A DNA stretch of 64,000 nt from Vicugna vicugna (GCA_013265495.1 MU061578.1:1063308-1127307); one strand, 5' to 3'; positions 12,279-24,331 are shown, counted from the first letter of the stretch. The notes: generated by a model from the sequence alone, not told the origin. Numbers and translations: made by a program.

Positions 12279-12813
12279 GGTACAGACTGAACTGTATCCC
12301 CTCTTCCCCCGCCATCCATATGCTGAACCGCTAAGCCCCAGTGTGACTGCATTTGAAGATGGGGCCGTTGGTAAGTAATTAGGTTTATCCTTTTTGCGGG
12401 GTGGTAATTAGATTTATTTCTATATTTATTTTAATGGAGGTGCTGGGCATTGAACTTAGGACCCAGTGCATGCTAAGCACATACTCTACCACTGAGCTAT
12501 ACCCTCCCCCCTAGCAATTAGGTTTAGATGGGGTCATGAGGGTAAGGTCCTCCTGGTGGGATTAGTGAGCTTGTACAAAAGAGCCCCAGAGCTGCCCCCC
12601 ACCCCTCATTCCTTCTCTCTCCCCACCCCTACTTCATCCATCTTTTCCCACCACATGAGGACTCAACAAGAAGTCGGTGGTCTGCAACCAGGAAGAGGAC
12701 TCTCACAGACCCTGACCTTGCTGGCCGGCAGCCCACCTGGGACTTTTAGGCTCCAGAACTGTGAGAAAAGAAACGTGTGTTGTGTAAGCTACCCAGCTGA
12801 GCTGAATCAGACA
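12279..12813 (+). mobile_element. MLT1A solo LTR (ERVL-MaLR) nested in L2, interrupted by a SINE
   Basis: gactgaactgtatcccc...atatgctgaa...ttaggtttagatggggtcatgagggt...gggattagtg...ctccagaactgtgagaaaagaaa...agaca. Confidence 0.88.
12388..12512 (-). mobile_element. Camelid Vic-1-type SINE, long-tail form
   Basis: Reverse GGGGAGGGTATAGCTCAGTGGTAGAG...AGTTCAATGCCC; TSD agtaattaggttta (12374-12387) / agcaattaggttta (12513-12526). Confidence 0.92.
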
Positions 12814-13165
12814 ACCAGTGTACCTTCAGTGCCCAGAACAGAGCAAGTGTCTGTCAGTCATTCAGTAACTGTTAATAGGGAAAGAGTTCTGGAGTTCATA
12901 ACGCTCTTGCCAAAGAAAAAAGAATGGGAGTGGGCCCACTTCAAGGTCCAGGGGTCTCCTGTTTGGAAAGCACAGATGCATCCTGCAAATAATTGCTTGC
13001 TGGAAGACAGACTTAGGGTAGAGAGAAAGTATTGACCTCTTCCTGGCCTGACTGATTTCCCTTGCGAAGCTGAACTGGGGACCCAGGTCTCCAACAGACA
13101 TATGTTAACTTTCTTCTACACTCTCTCATCAACTTTTCACCCTCCACGTGCTTGAAAATGTAGAC

Positions 13166-13520
13166 TAGGGTTGGCAAGTTATGGCCCTTGGGCCATAGCT
13201 GTCTTGATGTCTGTTTTTCTGTAGCCAATGAGCTAAGAATGGTTCTTCCATTTTTAAATAGTTGAGAGAAAAATCAAAAGGAAAAGTTATGGAATTATTA
13301 AATATAATTGTGTATATAATCATTCACGTCATATGAAAATTGTAGGAAATTCAAATTTCAGTGTCCATAAATCAAGGTTTATGGGAACACAACCATGTTT
13401 ATTTGTTTACATATTCTCCATGGCTGCTTTCACGTGGCAATAGCAGATTGGAATAATCGTGGCAGGGAATGCATGGTTGGCAACACCAGAAATATTTACT
13501 CTTGGGTCTTTACAAAAATC
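13166..13520 (+). mobile_element. MER58B (hAT-Charlie MITE)
   Basis: tagggttggcaagttatggccc...gagctaagaatggtt...aaattcaaatttcagtgtccataaat...ggctgctttcac...aaatatttact. Confidence 0.88.
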
Positions 13521-13529
13521 TCCCCTCAG

Positions 13530-13605
13530 ATACAATAGCTGTGTGAGTTTAGGCAAGACACGAAACTACTCTGAGCTTTTGGTGTCCCACTTTAAGCTCA
13601 GGGGA
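13530..13605 (+). mobile_element. MIR core fragment
   Basis: tagctgtgtgagtttaggcaagacacgaaactactctgagc. Confidence 0.55.
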
Positions 13606-14099
13606 GTGGGTTTTGTCTTGCATAGCTCTTGGGAGTTTATTGCAATGCCCCAAAGAAATATAACATCTGCTGCTTATTTGCTGTGTCATTTGCTTTTTCT
13701 TTAATGCTCACTAGCTCTCCTTGGGTTGATCAATCTTGTGTTTTCTTTTGTCCAGTCCACTCTCACCTTCCTTTGCATTTACTTTGTCTTTTTGAAGGAA
13801 CACAGCCTAGTGGATCAGTGTTCGGAGTCTGGAGTTCAGCAGCCTAACTCTAGTTTCTAAGTTTCTTTTCTTTTGCTGGAATGGGGACCCCAGCTTTTCT
13901 TGGGGGTTGCTGTGAGCGTGGAAGGAGGTAGCAGTCAGCTGGGCACGTGCCTGGCTGGGTGGGTGTGAGCGTTGATCATAACAAGGATTCGGCATCTCTT
14001 TTGTCCTTTCGGTTTCATCATTCCTTCTCCTGTCGTCCCACTACTGCTCCCAGCTCAGTCATCCTCTGCAGTCTTGGACCATGGTCCTCAGCCCTACTT

Positions 14100-14246
14100 G
14101 GACCTGGATCATCCAAGGAACACTTGGTGCCACCCACCCACCAAGAGATTCTGATTTAAACTTGGCTGTTCTGGGGAGCAGGCATCAATAACAACTAAAA
14201 ACTCATTAAATTGTCCTTGCACCAAATCAAGCTTGAGAATCAATGT
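14100..14246. mobile_element. MER5-type hAT MITE remnant
   Basis: cccaccaagagattctgatttaaa...caggcatca...gcttgagaatcaatg. Confidence 0.55.
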
Positions 14247-15739
14247 CTTCTACACTGTCTCTTGATACACCATTCCTGGAAGCTTCAAAATTCTGCGGTA
14301 TTTCAGGCCCCACACATGCCTAATGAGAGGACCAAACATAGTGTCTTCAACTCCCATGTGTTTCCTGGGGACTGAGGATGGGTGCCAGGTGCCTCCCTGT
14401 TGCTGGAGGTACCAAGAAAAGTGATCCATGGCTCCTGCCTCAAGTGGCTCAGGATCCCACAGAGAAGAGAAATGCATGCAGTGCTGCATCCACAACAGGA
14501 TGCAGTTTCCCAATCACAGAGTGTCTCTGCAGACACTGCAGGGAGGCCGTGCAGCCTGGGGGAGAGAAAAACCCTTCCACCTGCAAAGCCTGCAGAAAGC
14601 TTCAGACTCTTTTCTGATGGCCCATCCCCTTCCCACTGCCCGGCTACACCGGGGGCCCCAGCGGCTTCGGCCTCTTTTCCAATGCCACCAAACGGCAGGT
14701 CCTTCCAGGCAGTCTCTGGTTTTCCAGTAAGAACACAATCTCTCTCTCTCGTCCCCTTTCTGGTACTCAGTACCCTTTCATCCTAGGTTTCAGACGAATT
14801 TAGAAAAAGAAATGGACTCCTGAGCTCTACAATTGCCTTTGCAACAACATTTCTGCCCTCGGTGCCTGCCGGGCATGGCGTTCCCCCTTCAGTGATGGCC
14901 AAGACATCTGCTGATCAGCCAGCCACCTCCGTGCCCTCCCCTGCCTCCCACAGATGGCAGACGCTGCCTGGAGAGAGCTATCAAGGCGATGAATACAGCC
15001 CAAGGCAGCAGCAGCCACTGAGGGTAAAAGCTGGACCTGGATGAAGGACAGTGGATGCCAGGGTGCCATGGGTGCATGCACACGTGGTCGACTACAGTAG
15101 GGATCATGCTGACATTCTAACTTTTTTTCTGTGAATGTATGTGTCCACCTTTGCCTCACATTCATCACACACTTTTTATGTGACACTTTTCCCTGAAATG
15201 GTTCCCCAAAGGTGGGAAAACAAACTGAAACCTTCAAAAGAGAACACAGTCGTTTTCCTTATTAATATGAAAAAAAAGCAACCAGCAGGGGGAAGGATAA
15301 GAAGGAAAAGATGGAACAGAAGGGTGACTCGACAATAGCCACCACCCCATCCCCGAATGAATGACTGGCGATGGTCCTCCATCCCACCTGCGCATTACGA
15401 TGACCTGGAGGACTTCTCGTACGGCTGAAGCCCAAAGGGCCTGACGGTCTGGCCAAATGGCTCTGAAACTTTGGGGGCAGGGTCTGACATCAGTGGTGCT
15501 TTGAAAACTCTCCACAGGAGTTCTAGGGTCAGGTTTGCAGGATCTTACTGTGCTCTCCCAGCCATCTTAAGAGATTGGTACTGATGAGGATGATGGTCAT
15601 GTCCATCTTTATCAACAAGGAAAATGATGCTCATCCTCTTGTTAGGTACCACATTAGACAACTGGTAAACATCAGCACGGATGGTACAATCAAGCTTGGA
15701 TTCCTAAGCATTGTTCCTTCTCTCTAAAGAGAAGTCCTT

Positions 15740-15856
15740 CTTTTTTTTTCTTTTTTTCTTTTTTTAATGAAGGTACTGGGGATTGAAGCCAGGACCTCGT
15801 GCATGCTAAGCAAGCACTCTACCACTGAGCTCTATCCTCCCCACCTCCCTCCACCC
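15740..15856 (-). mobile_element. Camelid Vic-1-type SINE, short form (no CCTAATTACC tail)
   Basis: Reverse GGGGAGGATAGAGCTCAGTGGTAGAG...GCTTCAATCCCCAGTACC plus A tail; TSD agagaagtc(c/t)tt at 15728-15739 and 15857-15868. Confidence 0.9.
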
Positions 15857-16109
15857 AGAGAAGTCTTTAGAAAGGATCAAGAGCTCTGAGCAAAGTTCCT
15901 GCTGTGAGATAGCTCCTTCACAGACCATGCTTTCCTGTTGGCAGGGAGGTAGCAAGGAGCCCATTCATTCACTTTCCCACAGCACCTCATTTTCAGCTGT
16001 TAGGCAACACGTGAAGACCAAGCTCTGTGCCAGGCTAGGCAAGATAGAGTTTTCTGCCCTAAAGCCTGGGCAGCATCATGGTGGTGGTGATGATGATGGT
16101 ATAACCACA

Positions 16110-16290
16110 AGCCAAGGTCTACTGAGGGCCCACTCAGCGTCCGTTCCACTTAACATACGAGGCACTGCTTCCTTTAATACTCAGCACTGTTTCAAAACAG
16201 AAGGTGATGGCTCAGAGACGCTAAGTGTCTGGCCCAAATTCACACAGCCAAAACATGCCGGAGCTGGAGCTGGAACCCTGGCACACTGGC
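16110..16290 (-). mobile_element. MIR (preceded by a short reverse L2 end at ~15960-16065)
   Basis: ggctcagagacgctaagtgtctggcccaaattcacacagc...gagctggagctggaaccctggc. Confidence 0.7.
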
Positions 16291-19200
16291 TCTGTTGGAA
16301 ATGTCACCTAGAGCAGAAGTAGTGACACTGTGCCATTGTCCCTCCAAATTTCTCTATCTCCATTCTCCACCATTCTTCAGGCGGGGCACTACAGGTCCTG
16401 CTGGCCTCGGAGGGGAGCTTCCTCCATCCCTCAGAGAGACTCAAATTCTTGGCAGTGAACTTCCCTGACCCTTGAAGGGACAGTGAGACACTGAACCAGA
16501 GCCTAGCACTTATCCTAATCATGGGGCCAACCTCAGTGACTGCATCAGAAGTCCCCCTGGGCCTTAATTAGATCGGGGTTCCATAACTCTTACGCCGGGG
16601 TCGATAGAAAAGCAATTTTTCCATTTGGTCTCTCTGAGGACCCTGCTTTTTGCCAGCCCAGGGAGGTAGCCCATGCGTGTGGTATACCCTGAGGTCAATA
16701 AAAAAGCTTTAGTATCCTCCAGGATTGAGCAGAAAATACTCTCGTTATAACATTAGAAAAACTTAGAAAAAAAATAAATCAATGGAGTAATGGGATATAG
16801 CACCGAACGGGCCCTTTAACCAGACTCAATTTTTTTACCCACATCAAGCCTTTGGATGACGCATAATGGAGATGCAACGCGTTATTCCCCAAAGACGCAG
16901 CCCCGGGATGGGGGGTGGACTAAGGAGATGAGAAGCAGTTAAACGGGGAGGGACCATATCAACAGGGAGGGAAAAAAAACTCAAAGGTGGTCTTATCCCC
17001 AAAGTCAAAACTATTTAGGAGGCTGCCGGGTGATTTTAAAGGTGGTTGATTTTGTTTGTTCCTTTTGCTGTCATCTTTGTTGTCATTTTTTAGAGAGAAA
17101 TCGTTCATAGAATTTTAATAACATACATATTGCATTATTTCACCTCTTCATTAAGATCAAGAATAAAGGCATGTCTAGACTGCCGAGAAGTCTGAATGAG
17201 CAGCGAAAAGGGAATGTGGGTTTCGTTCTCCTAAACAGCACAACTATCATCAGGCTAAGCACATCTCATTCCACCGTGATCCCCCAAGAGTCGTGGTTTG
17301 ATTTGGGGATACGAATATTATTCGTTCTCTCTCAAGCCACATTGTTTGAGGCCCTGTGCACAAGGCGTGTGGTTAGGTACTTGCAGAAACAAAACAGTGA
17401 ATAGAAGGTCTGTTCTTGTGGGTTTCATAAACTGAGATAAAAGACAAGCCACACATTGCAGGAAAGTGTTGGGAACAACTAGTTGAGAGTCAGAAATGAC
17501 TAAACTGGAGAGGGAATGGGTCATGCCAGTGTGAATGGACAAGCATTCATTTCTCCTAGAATTGTTTGCCAAGTTCCCTGCATGTATGAGGCACTGACTA
17601 CACTAGGTTTCCTGGGTTCCTATTACACACACATACAATTATCCTTCCCAGGAAAATGTTTTTTAGAAGAAGTTCCCCTCCCTCCCCATTAACTCACCAG
17701 CTCTTGATCAAGCCTGTATCGTCATTACTACAAGCTGGCCCCGTGGTTACATGAGTGATTCGTAAACATCAGGAAATACCTCTCAAGTAAGGGATAAAAT
17801 TTCAGAAGCTATTGGCTTGTTTATTAGGGGGGAGGAAAAAAACCCCAAAGAAATAAACTGCTGAAATTTAAACTGCTTTTTCTCTTAGTTTTCCCATCCT
17901 GTGGATTTACACTGACCACTTCCTGTTTCTCTCAATAAATGATGTGCCCTGTGTTCAAAGCAGCATTTACACTGTCATTAAATGCAAACGGTTGCAGAAT
18001 TTTGTGCAAAGGCATGCACTCTATGGGCATCTGACTCATTTAAAAAACAAACCAAAAAAACCCCACAACCCTGCCCTAGGACCATAGTATGTTTGATGTG
18101 TGCTGTGAATCATTGAAACGCGTTCTCTGCTGGTTCAGGATCATTTGCACGTGTGTGCCTGGGGGGTGCTGCTGGTGGTGGTGGGTATTTTGACTGGGCT
18201 TAAGCCTCTCTTGGCAGTTGGTTTTCTTCTAGCAAAGCGTTTCCACCCATCAATTTAATTGTATGACATCAAAGAGAAAGATTTTGCCCCACTCAGAACT
18301 CCAGGGTGATGGTGGGGGAGAGGTCACCGGTGTCAATAGCTTCTCTCCAAGTGACAGGTTGATAGAGCTGGTCAACTGGGTTAAATTGCTTCTCAGGAAC
18401 TAAAGTAGGGTTGCTTCATCTTAGCTACTTAGCTGCTAAAGGTGGAGGTGACGACTAGCTTGAAGAGAGGTAAGAGCTGAGGGGATGCACACACCTGGAA
18501 AGCAGGGAAACAGGACCCATATTTCTTCCACCTCGAAGCTTCACTTGAGGTGATGCTAGAGCACAGTCTGAGGAACATTAAATCAAAATTCCTTACTTCT
18601 CAATTCCAAGGCGGCAATGACAGCTGTTGGAAGGACCCGTTCTCAGTCGGTTCAGAATCAACAGCAGTTGCAGCCAACAGTAAAGCTGAGGTCAGTAATC
18701 GGGGGACAAATGCAATTAAACGGCCCTAATAGAATGGCAACTATAACCTCTGCATTGCATTTGAAATTCAGGCATCCTGTTAGTAAAATAATCTAGCACA
18801 GGATGGATGCTACTTTGTTAACATGACACACACATCTCTAATACGAATCTCGTGGTAGCAAGTAAATTACAAATGTGCCAGCCCTGATATATTTTTACAT
18901 ACACGCACTACAATATTTCATAATCTACTTGCAGTAACTTCCCACCCACCCTCCTTGACAGAGAGAGAAAGAGGGAGTGAAAGTTGAAAAAGACAAAAAT
19001 TGGACACAAGTGACATAGCATCTCACATCTTCCCAAGTTGAGTGTATTTGGACGTGAATCTTAAATGTCCAGTCAATAATTACAGCCATTAACATTTCTT
19101 CCTATTATTTTTGTTCATTTTAGTGTTCAAAATATAGAGACTATAAACTGAAGCGACTAAAATAGTAAGAAAGGTACTGGATTGAAAATGCAGTTAAGGT

Positions 19201-20242
19201 CTCTATGATATGCATATGGAGGCTTCTGCTTGTTGCCCATCTTTAACCATCATCCCTAAAGCCTTCCGCAAGAAAACAGCTAAGAAATGGTGACCAGTAC
19301 CTCTGAAAGCTGTGAATTATAAACAGACGTCTTCATGAGCAGAATATGGCCAACTGAATTGTATTTTGCAGCGCACTGATCTTTGCCTAAAGCTACCAGT
19401 TCTGCTCATTACATTAAACATTTCAAATGTCAGAGTTCTGAGGATACAGAATTCCTTCATTAGGTCCGGCTCAGCTACCATTCCTCTCTCCGCTCCCTCG
19501 TAAGTGGGAGATACCGAGATGGAATCTCCTTGTAACCAAATCATTCCCGGCCCAAAGAGTCACAGAATCCAGTCAGAATGCTGGGCCTTCAAATTTAATT
19601 TCCTTCGCTAAATGCTTGTTATCAGCAGTGACAGCCCTCGCAGCCCTCAGATCTTCTATTCAAATTTTCAGAGTTGGACTGAGATTCTGACAGAGGTGGC
19701 ATTCACATAGAACAGGACAGAGAGGGGATTTCAGGACTGGTTCCCAAGTAATCAAAGGACGAGTACAGATGAGGGTTTGGAGTGAAACCTCACCGTGGAA
19801 GAGAAGTGGCTCTTAAGAGGGGTCTCTTGGTGGGTGTGGGTGGCAAGGGTGGACCATGGCTTGGCGGTAGGGGCTGGGGTTGAGACGCTTTTAGGGGAAC
19901 AAGCGCAGAGGCTGATTAAGCACATGAAAACCAGGGGGCATGGCTTTCTGACAGAGTTAAACAAATCCAGCTCTCGGTGGCTGCTACTTCCCCGTTTCCA
20001 ATCAGTCCATTTTCAATCCAGTGATTTAAGAAATAAAAGGGAGAGAGAGACCCAGGCGGTGACCTCAGGGTGGTGTGAGCCACGCAGGGACTGCGTAGGT
20101 CCTGGGAATGGAGAGGGACGTGCTCACTTCCTCTCAGTCGGGGATGGCAGCATGACCCCCGGGGGAGGGAGATGTTACCGATTAAGCCTTAATGAGATTT
20201 TCTGATAGAGAAACAGTTGGACCGGAAAGGGTTTTCTGAAGG

Positions 20243-20620
20243 CAATTTCATTCAGTTCCACAACTAGTTTACAGAGGGGCTACTGCATGCAAGGCCAGAG
20301 CCACGCAAAACTCCAGACACCACGGGGAGCAGAACTATGAACAGCACCCTGTCCTCAGGGAGGATCAGATCACAGAGGAGAGGAAACAGGACCAGAACGA
20401 GTAACAGGACAAGCCTTGCTGCGGGATGTGCCAGAAAAAAGGCACAGAGGGCACCCCCAGGTGGTCAGGGAGAAGGCGCGGGACTCCGGTTCCCCGACGC
20501 GGTGGTCTTCTCGATGGATCAGCTTGCTGTGGTCAGAATACAGAACTGTAAGGAACTGACAAGAGGAGAAAAAAGAACCTGTGGGTGAGACGTTTAGGCA
20601 GGTGAGTCACCTTGGCCCAA
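20243..20620 (-). mobile_element. L2 3' remnant
   Basis: ttcattcagttccacaactagttt...ctactgcatgcaaggc...ccctgtcctcagggag. Confidence 0.5.
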
Positions 20621-20686
20621 GAAGCTAAATTCAACACGAGTCACAGAGGAATCCTTGTCACTGACATTTACGTGAATGAGCACAGC

Positions 20687-20941
20687 CATGCATTCTCAAT
20701 GGGGGGTGGCATGTTGCCCCTTGGGCGGGGTGGAAATTGGTTCTTGATGGGAGGGGGCTAAAAATCTTAGATGTTACAGTGGTTTTAGACTCCCCAGAGA
20801 GCCACTATTCATAAACAGATACAGAGTACACCTGCGATATTAAAATTTAATGGGGGAGGGGAAGTTGATTAGGAAAACAATTGTCTAAAAAGCCTCCTCG
20901 TTGAAGGGGCAGCAATAACGATAAAAGATGGAGAAATTCTG
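20687..20941 (-). mobile_element. MER112-like hAT-Charlie MITE
   Basis: catgcattctcaatgggg...aaattggttcttg...cataaacagatacagagtacacctgcgatattaaaattt...gattaggaaaa...tgtctaaaaagcctcct...gagaaattctg. Confidence 0.8.
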
Positions 20942-21279
20942 GCAGTCTTTTTCCTGAGACAGCTGCCTCTGTCTCTTGAAGAGACTGAGAATGAATCGGG
21001 GGCAAACCCTCAACCCTCTGGCACGCGAGGGGGCTTCTCCAGAGACCTGCGTCCTGACTGTGGAGATGGGGCTTAACCTCTCTCTCTCCAGGGCTCTAAA
21101 GGGGAGACATTTGGGAGAAGGGGAGACAGAGCAGGAAGGCAAGGGAGCGGAGAGGCCAAGATCATACCATCCCTGGCTCCCTCTTCTCCACTGAAAATAG
21201 GTCACGGATTTACATTTTGCATATTTATTTTTAAAAGTGTATTTTAGAAGCTCACCACTCCCTGTTAAAAATGAATGAT

Positions 21280-22070
21280 GTCTTTAATAGTTTATTTTAA
21301 TTCCAAATTACAAAGGCAGTATGTATTCATTACGGAAATTTGGGAAATGCAGAAAAGACAAAAGGAGACAATACACTAACACCAACGCACATAATCCCAC
21401 CATCCCGAAGTGAACATTTTATGACATTATTACATTTCCACTGGACTCGTGCTACCCAATAGGGTAACTGTGAACCACATAGGGCTACTCAACACTTGAA
21501 ATGTAGTTGGTCTGAACGGAGATATGCCCTCAGTGTGAAAGGCACACTGGATTTAAAGACTTAGCATAAACAATTAAAATATTTCATTAATATTTTCATA
21601 CTGACCGCACGTTGAAATGATATCATATTGGCTATGTTATCTTAAGTAAAATATAGTAAAATAATCTCAACTGTTTCCTTTTACTTGTTTAATGCAATTA
21701 CTAGAAAATTAATATCATGCGTATATATACATTGTATTATGTTTCCATTGGACGGTGCTGGTCCAGGCCTTACCTATGAATGCGCTTATGTATGCATGAA
21801 TATACACACCACAGACAACAGGTAATGAGGCGCAATTTCTTTTGCAATCTCTTCTCCACTAAATATAAGCTGGACATCTGTCATGGCAATACATAATTCA
21901 CTTATGTTCCGAGTGAATGTCTGAATGCTAAGTAATGCTGCACTATTTTTGACTGTAACTGTATGTATTAAACCAATCCCCTATCCATGGATACTTAGAT
22001 TATTACCAGTTTTGCACTATCATCACAGCTCTGCGATCAACATCCTTCTAACCGTATCTCCACACACAGA
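21280..22070 (-). mobile_element. Old L1ME-type 3' region interrupted by MER33
   Basis: tatgtattcattacggaaatttgggaaatgcagaaaag...cataatcccacc; later taaccaatcccctatccatggatacttagattattaccagttttgcactat. Confidence 0.7.
21447..21760. mobile_element. MER33 (hAT-Charlie MITE)
   Basis: TIR-like ends gtgctacccaatag / ccattggacggtgctg; cacttgaaatgtagttggtctgaac...cacactggattt...gttgaaatgata. Confidence 0.85.
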
Positions 22071-22074
22071 GTAG

Positions 22075-22280
22075 AAATAACACCGAGTTTAAGGCCGGAC
22101 GACTCTTGACTCAAATCTGTCTCAGCCTTTAACTAGCTGTTTAACGTTAAGCAAATTTTATCTCCACCCTCAGGCTCCTTGTCTAAAACGGGAGCAGTTT
22201 CTCTATTTTTTCAGCCCTGCTGGAAGGATCAGAAATGATATTATTTTGGGCACACTTGGGACATTCTGTAGATAATAGCT
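22075..22280 (+). mobile_element. MIR
   Basis: actcaaatctgtctcagcctttaactagctgtttaacgttaagcaaatt...ctcaggctccttgtctaaaacggg. Confidence 0.65.
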
Positions 22281-23119
22281 AACTTTTTTTAACATTGTAA
22301 ATAAAACATTAAAACATGATTACTAGAAAGTTCCAGAACTGCAAACACTCACAACACAACAAATAAAATCACAGACACAATAGAAAATGACGTCACATTA
22401 AAGGCCATCAGGGAATATTTCAGTTGAAATTTGAAATGTCTAGAGAGATTGTACAATATCCACTAGCTGTGCCCTTGTTGGGAAATTTTCACCTATTGAA
22501 GACCAAAATCACTTACCCCAGAGTTTCAGCCTTTTTCTTCCAGGTCGGCTGTAAGTGAAATACATTCTAGGGTACCCTTCTAGGTAGTTGTAATAATGCT
22601 TCAGGGACGTAATGCTCACAATTTAGTTTGAGGATAATGCTAATTCCAAAATTATTCCTGTGCATGTCCAGCTTGGATATGAAAGGCTCTCACCTCTGAT
22701 AGGAAGATGGGGTTGAGTGGCAACATTGCTCTGTTTTTAGATGCAGTGTACAGAGGATTATTACCTGGGAGACATGCAATGACATTCTGGCACAGTTGGG
22801 TAAGTGACAAAGTGGCATCTGGAATGGGTATAGATCAATAATGAAGAAGGGAAGAGTGTGCTTGTGTCTTAGAGGGCTTGATCTGGCCACTGATACCTTC
22901 ATAATGGAGACTGGCTTGGGCCAGTCAAAGAAATGTGACTGATAATCCAATAAACTCAATTAACCTCAGGATGCCCGGAGTTGGTCTTGCCACTGGATGA
23001 GTCATCCAAGAAACAGTCAAGTGGCTAAAAGCAAGTAAGTCAAGAACTTCTTTACAGAGTGATGAACCCTACGAGTCCTGACAGCCAAGAAGCTTCTCCT
23101 GGGGTCTCTGTTCCTCCAG

Positions 23120-23305
23120 CAATAAACAGTGCAACTTTAGGCAAACTATTTAATCTCTTTTCTCATCAGTCTCCTAACTGCCAAACAATGGGGTCACATG
23201 GGTGATGTGAGGATTCAAACAACGAATGGAAGTCAAGGGCTTAATTTATAGGGTAGCATGACACTGACATAGAGGAAGCTCTCAAAAATGTTAGGTGGTT
23301 CTGTA
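23120..23305 (+). mobile_element. MIR
   Basis: ctttaggcaaactatttaatctct...gatgtgaggattcaaac...acatagaggaagctctcaaaaatgttag. Confidence 0.7.
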
Positions 23306-23439
23306 GCTTCTGCTAATTCTAAGTCTCCTGACATTGTTCACAGACAACTCTGTTTTGCTGTCTCAAGTTCTAATATTCCCATCTTCCGATACAACAGAGC
23401 TCCTACATAAAGATCTTCCAAACTTAGGAATTAGAGACA

Positions 23440-23825
23440 AGACAGGATCTCTTCCTGCACCCCAGGAACTCACAGCCATAACTAGGTTAGCATGATAAGG
23501 TTCATGAGAAGGTTGGCACAGATTACTGTGTGGTGATGAAGAAGGCACACAAACTGCTGAGGAGCAGGGCAGAGAGGAGTGATGTTAAAGATTAGTTAGG
23601 CAAGACGGGCAAGGAGGAATTGGCTGAGGAGTAAAGGAGGCAGGAGATAAGAGCATTCAGACAGAAAAAAAAAAAAAACAAACTTCCAGGAAAGGCCTGG
23701 AGGTGCATGTGCAGGCTGTAGAGATAGGTAGAGGTCCAGTTCTGAAGACTCCGTGGGAGCTCAGACTTGACCCTGAGGGCCATGGAGAGCCTTGCTTGGG
23801 TGTTAAGCCAGAGGGCACCATGCAA
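23440..23825 (-). mobile_element. L2 remnant
   Basis: tcctgcaccccaggaactcacagcc...gagcattcagacagaa...gacttgaccctgagggccatggagagcc. Confidence 0.65.
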
Positions 23826-24293
23826 AGGAGTCAGAAGAAAATAACAAACCAGAAGCCAGAGCCTGGCATTTTCTACTTTTTACAGCCTTGATGTCATTGG
23901 CATCAGAATGAGCTTCTGAGCAGATTCTCATAACAGAACTGACTGAATGATTTGTCCATTTCACCCCCAGGAATACACCTGCGAATGGGGAAACAGCCAT
24001 GAACCACACCCTCTTTGGTCCTGGTCCTTACTTCTCCCAAAGAAACAAGACAGGTGGAGAATAGACTTTGCTCAACAGAACTGTCACAGTGCAAACAGAT
24101 TGACCTGGATACATTTGCTGAGTCCAGCAACACTGTATTTAAGAAGTTATTATAAGACAGTAAACACAGAAGTGGGGAAAGACGTGGAACACGTGTTTAC
24201 CCAGAAGGGCTTATTATCAGATGTTAAGATGCTAAACTCCTTTTAAAATGTGTGCAAGCATATTTACAAAATGTACAAAATATGTGTATGTGT

Positions 24294-24297
<4 letters not shown>

Positions 24298-24328
<31 letters not shown>
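24298..24328. repeat. (CA)15 microsatellite
   Basis: Direct reading. Confidence 0.95.

Positions 24329-24331
<3 letters not shown>

Noticed and set aside
12556..13035. 159-aa ORF
   Set aside because: Lies over MLT1A LTR and L2 remnants; no recognisable domain.
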